A stretch of 63,966 bases of DNA, the filler included, from Vicugna vicugna (Eukaryota), in assembly GCA_013265495.1 (NCBI GenBank). It is 81 parts of 81 records of this genome, joined end to end, with 100 filler letters (N's around TTAATTAATTAA, not from the genome) between each part and the next. Parts side by side here need not be neighbours in the genome. Positions count along the whole stretch, not along the records: positions 38,410 to 39,207 come from PNXW01009565.1; positions 39,308 to 40,053 come from PNXW01009567.1; positions 40,154 to 40,592 come from MU059484.1; positions 40,693 to 41,580 come from PNXW01009570.1; positions 41,681 to 42,180 come from MU059485.1; positions 42,281 to 43,208 come from PNXW01009573.1; positions 43,309 to 43,694 come from PNXW01009574.1; positions 43,795 to 44,715 come from MU059486.1; 73 more parts are not named here. One strand, 5' to 3'. The position numbers and the translations under genes were made by a program. Numbering within the stretch: the first letter of the stretch is position 1; each line of letters opens with the position of its first letter. A model generated the notes under the pieces. That model was not told the DNA's origin, made no database searches, and was given only the letters and a program-made list of their open reading frames with translations. Of the stretch, positions 38,410-50,326 are shown one piece after another.

Positions 38410-39207
38410 TTCGCTCAAAGAGTGTGTTCTGGTGCCAAATGTCTGATTTTAGAATCTGGTGTTAGAAAAAAACTATGAAGTCAGAGAAAATAATTCTATG
38501 TCTGTATACACATTCTTTTGTGGCAGAAAGGTCAGTAATACACATGCTCACAAGTCAGAAACTCATGATTGTCGAATTCTTCATGCATGTAACATATACG
38601 GAACCCGGAATGCCATGTTGTTGGGATTCATGTAAAATAAATATTTGTCAGGTGGAAATAGCTCCAGAATAATTTTTCTGTGAAAAACGCACGAATTCGA
38701 ACCTGGTGTTAGGGAAAGCTTGTGAAAATGTTTACACGTGTCTAGATGGAAATATTCCTTTTCTAGAGGATGAAAGATTAGTAATCCACATGCTCTCAAC
38801 CCAGGAATGTATGTTTGTCGAATCCGTCATGTATGTAGCATTTACGGAACACGGAATATCATGTAGATGGTATATATTCAAATTACATATCTCTAGGGTA
38901 GAATTCGCTCCAAGAGGGTTTTTCTGGGATCAAAGTGCCATTCTTGAATCTGGTGATAGGCAAAAGCTACGAAGTCAAAATAAATATTTCAAAGTGCATA
39001 GGTAACTTGTTTGGTAGTTGAAACATCAGTCATGCTCATGTTCACAACTCAGAAATTCATGTTTGAGGAAACCGTGATGCATGAAACATGTTAGGTATAC
39101 GGAATGCCATGGTTATGTAAACAATGTAAATTACAAGTGTATTGGTGAGAATTCTCTATGTCTTCTGGTGCCAAATGTCCAATTTTAGAACCTGGTGATA
39201 TAAAAAA
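38410..39207 (+). repeat. Satellite D, just over one HOR unit
   Basis: GGTGCCAAATGTC at 38431 and 39167; monomer landmarks at ~38581, 38827 and 39073. Confidence 0.92.
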
Positions 39208-39840
39208 NNNNNNNNNNNNNNNNNNNNNNNNNNNNNNNNNNNNNNNNNNNNTTAATTAATTAANNNNNNNNNNNNNNNNNNNNNNNNNNNNNNNNNNNNN
39301 NNNNNNNGTAAAGTCCTGGGTTAGTGGGTGTGTTCAGTTTTAAGGATTCTGATGCATGGTACCTGGTTCTCCTTCCCGGCACCCCCACCCCCGTCAGGAT
39401 ACGCAGGACAGTTTAGGACTCGGAGCTGCATGGGAAGGCGCCGGCTCCCTTACTCTAGTGAACCCTGGGTCACTGAGGTTGTTTAAAATTGATCTTTTCC
39501 CCAACTTGTCGTGAAAACCTCAAAGTACAGCTGTGTCAGCTGACCTCTTGTTGGATTTGGGGAGTGGGAGGTGGGAGGCCCACGGCAGGAGGCCCTGGAG
39601 TAGCTCCCCCTACGCTCTGCTTCGGGCTGTGTCTCTGCTGAGGCGAAGTCTCTGTCCAGGTTCCAGCTCCTGCCCAGAGGCATCCCCCTGGCTCCTGCCA
39701 GCTGCCTCCGGTCACTTCTGCGGCCTTCGGGGTGTCAGCTTCCTGCCCGGCTCCGCTCACCTGTGAGGTGTCCCCAGCCACCTCCATCCTGGCTGGGAGT
39801 CCCACCTCTTAGAGCTTTGTCACCAGTTTGCCGGTTTAAA

Positions 39841-39886
39841 GCACAAGCACACACACGCACACACACACATGCACACACACACACAC
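39841..39886 (+). repeat. Imperfect (CA)n microsatellite
   Basis: Direct reading. Confidence 0.85.
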
Positions 39887-40153
39887 TATTTTAAAGTAAA
39901 AAGCATATGCCGTGACAGTGTCTGCCTACCTCAGCCCACATCGTCTAAGAATGAGGGCATTCTCTTACGTGTCCACAAGGCTGATATCAGACCGAGGAAA
40001 ACTAAGGGTGATTTTCTAGTATCATCTAACACTGAGTCCCTGTGAAGTTCCCCNNNNNNNNNNNNNNNNNNNNNNNNNNNNNNNNNNNNNNNNNNNNTTA
40101 ATTAATTAANNNNNNNNNNNNNNNNNNNNNNNNNNNNNNNNNNNNNNNNNNNN

Positions 40154-40592
40154 GAACATGTTTCATGCATCACGGATTCCTCAAACATGAATTTTTGATT
40201 GTGAACATGGGCAAGACTGATATTTCAACAATTAAACAAGTTAACTATCCACTTTGAAAGATTTATTTTGTCTTCGTAGCTTCTGCCTATCACCAGGTTC
40301 AAGAATCACACTTTGATCCCAGAAAAACCTTCTTGGAGCGAATTCTACCCTAGAGATATGTAATTTGAATAGATTCCATCTACATGATATTCCATGTTCT
40401 GNNNNNNNNNNNNNNNNNNNNTACATACATCTCGGATTCGATAAACATGCATTCCTGTGTTGAGAGCATGTGGATTACTAATCTTTCATCCTCTATAAAA
40501 GGAATATTTTCATCTAGACACGTGTACACTTTTTCACAAGCATTCCCTAACACCAGATTCAAATTCGTGATTTTTTCACAGAAAAATAGTTC
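40154..40592 (-). repeat. Satellite D
   Basis: Reverse complement of ~38670-39095. Confidence 0.92.
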
Positions 40593-40692
40593 NNNNNNNN
40601 NNNNNNNNNNNNNNNNNNNNNNNNNNNNNNNNNNNNTTAATTAATTAANNNNNNNNNNNNNNNNNNNNNNNNNNNNNNNNNNNNNNNNNNNN

Positions 40693-41580
40693 ACAAAGTT
40701 TCTTGTCAGTTGCAATCTCCACTCCATACATATATATAAGAGGAACAAGCTCCAACTCGGTTTTACAGTGCAAACCGCAGGAATTTCAAACCGGCACTAG
40801 GAAACCGACTGAGAAACCAGAGTATGTGTTTCTCCTCCAAACCGTTCCTTTTGTGCTGGATGAACGAACTTATATGCACATGCTCATTTCTGACAGATAT
40901 GTGTATGTGAAAACCGTCCTTCACCTAGCTTGAAGGGAACACAAAGTTTCTTGTCAGTTGCAATCTCCACTCCATACATATATATAAGAGGAACAAGCTC
41001 CAACTCGGTTTTACAGTGCAAACCGCAGGAACCTCAAAACGGCACTAGGAAACAGACTGAGAAACCAGAGTATGTGTTTCTCCTCCAAACCGTTCCTTTT
41101 GTGCTGGATGAACGAACTTATATGCACATGCTCATTTCTGACAGATATGTGTATGTGAAAACCGTCCTTCACCTAGCTTGAAGGGAACACCAAGTTTCTT
41201 TTCATTTGAAAACTCCACTCCATACATATATATGGGTGGAACAAGTTCCAACTCGGTTTTACAGTGCAAACCGCAGGAACTTAAAACCGGCACTAGGAAA
41301 CAGACTGAGAAACCAGAGTAAGAGTTTCTCCTGCAACCCGTTACGTTTGTGCTGGATGAACGAACGTCTCTCCACCCGCTCAGTTCTGAGAGATAAGTGT
41401 GTGTGTAAGCCGTCCTTCACCTAGCTAGAAGGGAACACAAAGTTTCTTTCAGTTGCAAACTCCACTCCATACATATATATGGGAAGGACAAGCTCCAACA
41501 CGGTTTTACAGTGCAAACTGCAGGAAAAAGGAAAAAGACTGAGAAACCAGAGAAAGTGTTTGTCCTGCAAACCGTTCCCT
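40693..41580 (+). repeat. Satellite C, about 3.6 tandem 248-bp units
   Basis: Equivalent positions at 40703, 40951 and 41199 (period 248). Confidence 0.96.
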
Positions 41581-42559
41581 NNNNNNNNNNNNNNNNNNNN
41601 NNNNNNNNNNNNNNNNNNNNNNNNTTAATTAATTAANNNNNNNNNNNNNNNNNNNNNNNNNNNNNNNNNNNNNNNNNNNNAGGTGCATATTTGAGGACAT
41701 CAACTAGATAATTAAACCCTCAAATAATCAACTAGATCATTAAATCAACTAGATAATTAAACCTATCTGCTCTTAAGGACGCATTATCATTTTCTTCTCT
41801 CTAGAATCTTTTATTATTAGCACTTAAAGTGAAAAATGTAATATAATTAATACAGTTGCTCTATTTAAAGAACACAAGCTATATTACTGAGTACAGATAA
41901 AATTTTGGCTGCATTCTTTCTTGATGTTTTAGAAATACTCAGGAGTTTGGTATGAATTCCTGTAATTTCATCGTGTGAAAATGATTTGTTTGTTTTTATG
42001 CTATTTGGAAAATTCTGAAATTCAGAGCATTTGGTATGTTATGAAAAAAAGTGAAGAAAGCCTTAAGGTCCAATGCTAATGAGAATGTAACAGTTCAGGA
42101 TCAGAGTGTAAAAAATTAGGACCATAAGAAATCAGAATTAGAGAACGAATGTATGTATGTTCCTCTGTGACTGAAGTATTNNNNNNNNNNNNNNNNNNNN
42201 NNNNNNNNNNNNNNNNNNNNNNNNTTAATTAATTAANNNNNNNNNNNNNNNNNNNNNNNNNNNNNNNNNNNNNNNNNNNNCTAGACTTGGCTGTCAAATC
42301 TAGGATGTCTTGATGGGAAGTAAAGGATGCAGAGATATTGAAATCAAGTTGCTTCTGAATTGAGTAGTCCCTGTTGTACTGCTTTCTACCCAGGAGAATG
42401 AAATGCAGTTTTGTTAAGTGACTTTTATGTCTCAACTTTTCTTTGTTTGTGCAAATTCTCAAATGAGAGAAGGAACTGGCCACGTGGGTAAGCGATGAGT
42501 CTGAACTGGTCGGTTGTCTCCTGTGCAAGTTCTCAGCTAAAATCTTGCCAGTGAACCAC

Positions 42560-42705
42560 AATCACCTGGCAGCATCTCCAAAAATGTTCAAGCCTAGGCT
42601 GTCCCCTGAAGATTTTGAGTGAATAAATGTAGTAAGGCCTGGACTCAGGTAGTTAGAAAGATTTCCTTGAGATTCTGATACAGCCCTTGGGTGAGAACTA
42701 TTGAA
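42560..42705. mobile_element. MER5-like hAT DNA transposon relic
   Basis: AATCACCTGG...GATTCTGAT.CAGCC..GGGTGAGAACTATTG. Confidence 0.55.
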
Positions 42706-43308
42706 TGGCTACGTGTAATACGTGTCAGTTCACAGCTCTCGAAAAGAAGGCCTCTCTTGAAGAGTGGGAGTTTGACAGATGCGGCTTCCTTCAGTGCTCT
42801 CCTTTCCAGCCACAGAAGCCTGACTTTTATCCATCTCTACTTCTGTGCTTGACAAGTTAAAACGAGTATTATTGGCAGTATCTGTGGGCTTGAAGTATAA
42901 CTCCTTTTTCCTTCCAATCACTGATCATTCAGTGGCACTCAAAGAGTCTTAGAAATTTGCTTCTGGTGAATGATTTAATAAGTAGAGCCCTTTAAGGATT
43001 TTGCACCTTTTGTTACCATATTTTGCACCTTACCATCCAAGGCATTAGGCCAGCAGGGTTTCCTGACTGCAGTAAAAGGAAATCATGACCCTTTCTGTTG
43101 GTTAAATCTGTGTGACCGAATCTTGCAATATATCTGTTAGATTCACTGAGAACATGCATCATTAAAATGGTGGGGTTTTTTTTAATTGCAGTATAGTTGA
43201 TTTACAGTNNNNNNNNNNNNNNNNNNNNNNNNNNNNNNNNNNNNNNNNNNNNTTAATTAATTAANNNNNNNNNNNNNNNNNNNNNNNNNNNNNNNNNNNN
43301 NNNNNNNN

Positions 43309-43694
43309 GGTCGGCAGCGCGTGGGTTATAACGGAATGCCTAAGCTCCTCTCCTCTGAGGGTTTTCCTAATATCTATGTCCCATTGAATGTTAAGGGTGT
43401 TTGCAAAATATCCCAGTGACAGAGGCTGCCTCCCCTTGGTCAGGGATTTTATTTCTCAGAGTTCACCAAACAGGGAACCCCTGAGACTGAAGAGAGCTGC
43501 GTGGAGTTGTCTCTCGAACTCCCCCATGCACTGACAATGGTTCCGGAATCCTGAGCGTGGGGAGGTTCCAGCAACGGTCGGCAGCGCGTGGGTTCTAACG
43601 GAATGCCTATGCTCGTCTCCCCTGAGGGTTTTCCTAATATCTCTTTGAGAGGGAAGGCTAGGGGAGTTTGCAGGATATCCCAGTGACAGAGGCT
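43309..43694 (+). repeat. Satellite E
   Basis: GGTCGGCAGCGC at 43309 and 43576 (267 bp). Confidence 0.94.
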
Positions 43695-43794
43695 NNNNNN
43701 NNNNNNNNNNNNNNNNNNNNNNNNNNNNNNNNNNNNNNTTAATTAATTAANNNNNNNNNNNNNNNNNNNNNNNNNNNNNNNNNNNNNNNNNNNN

Positions 43795-44715
43795 GGGGAA
43801 GTCCGGGAAATACCTTCCCTGATATTGGGGAGGCAGCATATGACACTGTGAAATCCTGCAAACCCCCCTACCATTCCCTGGCACAGACACATTAGGAAAC
43901 CCTCAGGGTAGAAGAGCTTAGGCATTCCGGTAGAACCCACGCGCTGCCGTCCGTTGCTGGAACCTCCCCACTCTCAGGATTCCAGAACCATTGTCAGTGC
44001 GTGGGGGAGCTCGAGAAACATCTCCACGCATCTCTCTTCATTCACAGGAGTTCCCTGTTCGGGGAAATCCGGGAAATACTTTCCCTGACCTTGGGGAGGC
44101 AGCNNNNNNNNNNNNNNNNNNNNNNNNNNNNNNNNNNNNNNNNNNNNNNNNNNNNNNNNNNNNNNNNNNNNNNNNNNNNNNNNNNNNNNNNNNNNNNNNN
44201 NNNNNNNNNNNNNNNNNNNNNNNNNNNNNNNNNNNNNNNNNNNNNNNNNNNNNNNNNNNNNNNNNNNNNNNNNNNNNNNNNNNNNNNNNNNNNNNNNNNN
44301 NNNNNNNNNNNNNNNNNNNNNNNNNNNNNNNNNNNNNNNNNNNNNNNNNNNNNNNNNNNNNNNNNNNNNNNNNNNNNNNNNNNNNNNNNNNNNNNNNNNN
44401 NNNNNNNNNNNNNNNNNNNNNNNNNNNNNNNNNNNNNNNNNNNNNNNNNNNNNNNNNNNNNNNNNNNNNNNNNNNNNNNNNNNNNNNNNNNNNNNNNNNN
44501 NNNNNNNNNNNNNNNNNNNNNNNNNNNNNNNNNNNNNNNNNNNNNNNNCACGAAGCTCTCTTCATTCACAGGAGTTCCCTGTTCGGGGAAGTCCGGGAAA
44601 TACCTTCCCTGACCTTGGGGAGGCAGCGTATGTCACTGGGATATCCGGCAAACCCCATAACATTCCCTTTCTCAGACAAATTAGGAAAACCCTCAGGGGA
44701 GACGAGCTTAGGCAT
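43795..44715 (-). repeat. Satellite E (variant subfamily), with gap
   Basis: Reverse complement of the E monomer with shared diagnostic changes (GTCCGGGAAA, TTCATTCACAGGAG). Confidence 0.93.
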
Positions 44716-44815
44716 NNNNNNNNNNNNNNNNNNNNNNNNNNNNNNNNNNNNNNNNNNNNTTAATTAATTAANNNNNNNNNNNNNNNNNNNNNNNNNNNNN
44801 NNNNNNNNNNNNNNN

Positions 44816-45378
44816 GGTTCTAACGGAATGCCTAAGCTCGTCTCCTCTGAGTGTTTTACTGTTGTCTCAGTGCCAGGGAATGCTATGGGTGATTGCAGGA
44901 TATCCAGTGACACAGGCTGCCTTCCCAAGTTCAGGGAAGGTATTATTCGACTTCCTAAAAGAGGGAATACCTGTGACTGAAGCGAGCTGCGTGGAGTTGT
45001 CTCACGAGCTCCCCCACGCACTGAAAATGGTTCCGGAATCCTGAGCGTGGGAAGGTTCCCCCAACGGTCGGCAGCGCGTCGGATCTAACGGAATGCCAAG
45101 TAAGTCTCCCCTGAAGGTTTTCCTAATGTCTCTGTGCCAGGGAAAGCTAGGGGGTTTTGCAGGACCTCCCAGTGACAGAGGCTGCTTCCCCAACGCCAGG
45201 GAAGGTATTTCTCGGACTTCCCCGAACAGGAAACACCTGTGACTGAAGAGAGCTGCGTGGAGTTGTCTCTCGAGCTCCCCCACGCACTGACAATATTTCC
45301 GGAATCCTGAGCGTGGGGAGGTTCCTATAACTTTCGCCAGCGCGTGCGTACTATCGGAATGAATAATCTCGTCTCCAC
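44816..45378 (+). repeat. Satellite E
   Basis: CTGTGACTGAAG at 44971 and 45237. Confidence 0.93.
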
Positions 45379-45478
45379 NNNNNNNNNNNNNNNNNNNNNN
45401 NNNNNNNNNNNNNNNNNNNNNNTTAATTAATTAANNNNNNNNNNNNNNNNNNNNNNNNNNNNNNNNNNNNNNNNNNNN

Positions 45479-45849
45479 ATGGTATTTGTCTTTCTCTTTC
45501 TGGCTTACTTCACTTAATGTAACTATCTCCAGGTCCATCCATATTGCAACAAATGTAATTATTTTATTCTTTTTTATGGCTGCGTAGTATTCCATTGTAT
45601 GAGTATATCACAGCTTCTTTATCCTGCCATCTGTTGATGGACATTTAGTTTGTTTCAATGTCTTCTTTTTTTACATTTTTTTTATTGATTCATAATCATT
45701 TTACAGTGTTGTGTCAAATTCCAGTGTAGAGCACAATTTTTCAGTTATACATGAACATAGGTATATTCATTGTCACATTTTTTTGTCTGTGAGCTACTGT
45801 AAGATCTTGTGTATATTTCCCTGTGCTATACAGTATAATCTTGTTTATN
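45479..45849 (-). mobile_element. LINE-1 3' region interrupted by a younger camelid-type L1 3' end (from ~45666)
   Basis: GTATTTGTCTTTCTCTTTCTGGCTTACTTCACTTA...TAGTATTCCATTGTAT, then poly-T and sequence matching 440-620. Confidence 0.88.
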
Positions 45850-45948
45850 NNNNNNNNNNNNNNNNNNNNNNNNNNNNNNNNNNNNNNNNNNNTTAATTAA
45901 TTAANNNNNNNNNNNNNNNNNNNNNNNNNNNNNNNNNNNNNNNNNNNN

Positions 45949-46560
45949 GAATTTCCTCACTTTTTAATATCTTGTATCTCTGCCCTCTCTTATGATTTCT
46001 AATTTTGTATTGGTGAGTTTGCCAATCTCTCTTCCACAGAGACAGTCTACTTCCAATGCTTTCTGTTGCATTCTTCATCTCATTTATTAAGTTCTCCTGG
46101 TCCTCAAACAATGTTTGGTTATTTTATAGTTTCAGTCTCTTTGGTAATGTATTCCTTATCATCATTTCATTTATTTGTGAGCCCACTAAACTAATTTCTT
46201 AGTATTGTTTTTGTATTGAGTTTCTGTATGACACCTCTTTGGATTCTCTATTAGTTATATGGCAATATACCATGACTTTAAGTTTACTGCATGGTTGACA
46301 TTGTGTGTGTGTGTGTGTGTGTGCGTGTGTGCAGGTGCGTGTGCATGTCTGTGTCTGTCGGTGTCTGTGTCTGTGTATCTGTGTGTGTTCGTGCCCTATA
46401 ATGTTACTGTGATTGGTCATGATCTTGATAAATTATTGCTCTGATGACACTAAATAACAGATTGGGAGTTGGGGTCTTTTTTTTGTATTCTGGTAGTTGG
46501 CAATATTGCACAATTTTTGGTTTTACTTACCTGAGCTACCTCTGATAATATTTCAAAATG
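45949..46560 (-). mobile_element. Old LINE-1 ORF1 remnant containing a (TG)n-rich microsatellite (46302-46390)
   Basis: Minus ORF ENLINEMKNATESIGSR resembles the ORF1 coiled coil. Confidence 0.65.
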
Positions 46561-46868
46561 GCACTTTCCAGTCGCTACTGTCTGGATAAAAGATGTGCTT
46601 TCATTGTCACTTCTTAGACTTCTCTGGTAGTTAATGTCACTTCTGTCACTGGGAAGGCGATCTTTTCCTTTTATCTGATATCCCTTGAGATCTCGGGTAG
46701 GTCACTTCTGTCACTGGGAAGGTGATCTTTTCCTTTTATCTGATATCCCTTGAGACTCAGTGTACACANNNNNNNNNNNNNNNNNNNNNNNNNNNNNNNN
46801 NNNNNNNNNNNNTTAATTAATTAANNNNNNNNNNNNNNNNNNNNNNNNNNNNNNNNNNNNNNNNNNNN

Positions 46869-47380
46869 TGCTATATAGTATATTCTGTGTTCTTCATTCT
46901 ATATCCTACATTCTATATTCTGTGTTCTGTATTGTATATCCTATATTCTGTGTTCTGCATTCCATGCGTAAATTCTGGGCTCTGTATTCTGTAGTTTATA
47001 TTCTATACTCTGTGTTCTGCATTCCATGTTCTAAATTCTGGGTTCTGTATTCTATATTCTATATTCGGTTTTCTAAATTCTATACTCACGTTCTATATTC
47101 ACTAAATTCTATACTCTACATTCTATATTCTGTATTCTATATTCTAAATTGTGTGTTCTGAATTTCAATTTCTAAGATCTGGGTTCTGTATTCTCTATCT
47201 ATAGTCAATATTCTGTGTTCTACATTCTATATTCTACATTCTATATTCTGTATTCTGTATAGTATATACTATATTCTGTGTGTTACATTCTATATTCTAC
47301 ATTCTATAATCTGTATTCTTTATTCTCTATTCTATATTCTGTGTTCTGAATTACATGTTCTAAATTCTGTGTTCTGTATT
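46869..47380 (+). repeat. Satellite A
   Basis: 7-bp periodicity. Confidence 0.93.
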
Positions 47381-47480
47381 NNNNNNNNNNNNNNNNNNNN
47401 NNNNNNNNNNNNNNNNNNNNNNNNTTAATTAATTAANNNNNNNNNNNNNNNNNNNNNNNNNNNNNNNNNNNNNNNNNNNN

Positions 47481-47938
47481 CTGTGCCCACATCCAACTAC
47501 GAGGGGTAGGGATACACAAATCGAACCCCCACAAGCCTCGGTTCCGGAATCCTGAGAGTGGGAAAGTTCCTCCAACTGACAACAGTGCCAGTGTTCTTGT
47601 AGAATCCTTAAGCTACTCTTCCCTGATGGATTGCATAAGCCGGAGTATGGTTCAAAGTGGGATTTGGGCTCTAAATCCAAGTATTAGTGAGTGCCTCTCC
47701 ATGGGAAGTGGAGGTGTTTAGCCAACAACCCCCAACAAGGGAATACCTGTGCCCCCTGAAAACTCTCTTTCTCCACCAACAGCACCCACATGAAGAAGTT
47801 TTCTGGAATCCTGAGCATTGGGAGGCTACTCCAACTGACAGCAGCACCTGGGTTCTATTAGAATCCTTTAGCTTGTGTTCCCTGAGTGTTTTCTTAGGCC
47901 GGGACATGAGGGAAAGTTGGGGGTTGGGCTTGGAGGCC
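47481..47938 (+). repeat. Satellite B
   Basis: GGAATCCTGAG...CCAACTGACA at ~47546 and ~47805. Confidence 0.9.
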
Positions 47939-48038
47939 NNNNNNNNNNNNNNNNNNNNNNNNNNNNNNNNNNNNNNNNNNNNTTAATTAATTAANNNNNN
48001 NNNNNNNNNNNNNNNNNNNNNNNNNNNNNNNNNNNNNN

Positions 48039-48438
48039 GAGGTAATTTCTATCTTCTGAAAATTGCTGAGGCTTCTTTTGTGCTGAAGTATATTATGAAT
48101 CCTGGAAAATGTCCCATGTGCACTTGAAAAGAATGCTATTTTGTGGGTGGTGCAATTCCCGGAAAATATTCACCAAGAGAAATATTTCTATTGTATTATT
48201 TAAATTTTCTGTTGCCTAATTTACTTTCTATCTCAATGATCTGTCCAGTGATGTTAATGCAGTGTTGAAATCTCCAACTATGTTTAGATTCCCATCACTA
48301 TCCCCCTTTATATGTGTTAGTAATTTCTTCATGTACTTAGTCCTCTATTTGGTGCCTATGTATTAACAAGCGTGCTATCCTCATCTTGTATCAGTCCTTC
48401 CTTCATTATAATATGTCCTTCCTTATTTTTCTTTATGG
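48039..48438 (-). mobile_element. LINE-1 ORF2 endonuclease region
   Basis: CCATGTGCACTTGAAAAGAATG, GATCTGTCCA..GATG, TTGAAATCTCCAACTAT. Confidence 0.88.
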
Positions 48439-49639
48439 NNNNNNNNNNNNNNNNNNNNNNNNNNNNNNNNNNNNNNNNNNNNTTAATTAATTAANNNNNN
48501 NNNNNNNNNNNNNNNNNNNNNNNNNNNNNNNNNNNNNNGACCAGCGAAGGGAAGTTGCCCACCTGAAACAGAGGTACAGAATTTTGACACATTTTTACGG
48601 GTGTTTTGAGATTTTTAAGGACTGGTTGTTTTGTGCCTAGTAGAAGAATTGGTGGTGTAATTCGTATTGAAGCCATTCTTTATCTTTAAGATTGGATGCA
48701 ATCTGCAGACGGAGGCAGGCAGAGGAATACATGAGGCAGGAGCCCACCCCAGGAGGACCGTACAGGCTGCACCCTCCCCTGAGAGGTAAGGAGCGCACTG
48801 TGAAGTGCAGCAGCTCCATTTCTGCAGCAGGAGCCGCCCAGTGGGCTGCTTTTCCCCGGGGGTAGTTGTCAGATTTCCTGGACACCACACCACACACTCA
48901 CTGCGGGGAACAGGTTCACAGCTGGGTGACAAGATGCTGTTTTCTTCACGGGCCACCAGCCAGCAGGGCTCTGTCCCCTGTGAGCGGTGGAGCTCACTCC
49001 CCTCCAGGGACTGCAGGCCGCCCCCCAGGCTCTTGCTTGGCTGGCGTGGCTGGCATGGCTGGTTTCTGTGCACTAGAAGACGTGAGCGTCAGCCCCCTCT
49101 TCCCGCCTTGACACGGTGTTGAAGGCTGAATTTCCTTCTCATTTCAGGAAAATAACATACATGGATGACGTTTTAGAATGAAGGCAGTATGTCATAACGA
49201 GAAAAACATTTTTCTTTATTTGCCTTGGTGGATAAATACTCTATTCGAGATCTGCTTTAAGGCAGCAGGCATTTCACTAATTTTGCAGGTCCCTTCATTC
49301 TTATAAAAAAGCTTGCANNNNNNNNNNNNNNNNNNNNNNNNNNNNNNNNNNNNNNNNNNNNTTAATTAATTAANNNNNNNNNNNNNNNNNNNNNNNNNNN
49401 NNNNNNNNNNNNNNNNNTTTCCTGCCCAGCCCCTGACTGCCAGCGAGGGAGCCTGGGCCTCATAACTGCTTCCCGTGGAGGGACACCGACTCCTCGGAGA
49501 AGCAGGCTCATCTTACTTTTCTCCGTAACCCATGGCCTATCAAAGGGCCAGCCCATGTGTGGGCCATGAAGGGGCTCAGTTACTTACCGAACTAACTCAA
49601 AGCAGAATAATAGCAGAGCTGGAGGAAGTGACCACTGAG

Positions 49640-49832
49640 CTCACAGAGTTCACTGCCCACACCCCCATTCTACAGATGAGGAAACAGAGACCAAGCGTTG
49701 AAGCAAGCTCTTAAATTCTGTGTCGGGCATGCCAAGTGATGAGCTGCAGTGAAGGGGCTGAGAGGGGGCTCTGGGGCTAGACAGCTTGGGTTCAAGTTCC
49801 AGCTCTGCCATTTATTAGCCGTGTGATGTGAT
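49640..49832. mobile_element. MIR fragments
   Basis: CCCCATTCTACAGATGAGGAAACAGAG and TGGGTTCAAGTTCCAGCTCTGCCATTTATTAGCCGTGTGA. Confidence 0.7.
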
Positions 49833-49932
49833 NNNNNNNNNNNNNNNNNNNNNNNNNNNNNNNNNNNNNNNNNNNNTTAATTAATTAANNNNNNNNNNNN
49901 NNNNNNNNNNNNNNNNNNNNNNNNNNNNNNNN

Positions 49933-50326
49933 GGGGAGGTTCCACCAACGGTCGGCAGCGCTTGGGTACTATCGGAATGCCTAGGTTCGTCTCCCCTGAG
50001 GGTTTTCTTAATGTCTCTTTGCCAGGGAATGCTAGGGGTGATTGCAGGATATCCCAGTGTCTGAGGCTGCCTCCCCAAGGTCAGGGAAGATATTTATGGG
50101 ACTTCCGCGAACAGGGAACACCTGTGACTGAAGAGAGTTGCGTGGAGTTGTCTCTCGAGCTCCCCCACGCACTGACAATGNNNNNNNNNNNNNNNNNNNN
50201 CTAGGGGTGAGGATATCCCAGTGTCAGAGGCTGCCTCCCCAAGGTCAGGGAAGATATTTCTCGGACTTCCAGGAACAGGGAACACCTGTGATTGAAGAGA
50301 GCTGCGTGGAGTTGTCTCTCCTCTCG
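49933..50326 (+). repeat. Satellite E
   Basis: E monomer motifs throughout. Confidence 0.93.

Noticed and set aside
40703..41424. Tandem near-identical small ORFs (SVAISTPYIYIRG...)
   Set aside because: Produced by the 248-bp satellite C repeat; no ATG starts or coding signature.
41699..41762. ATCAACTAGAT.ATTAAA three times
   Set aside because: Small local slippage duplication in AT-rich DNA with no evidence of function.
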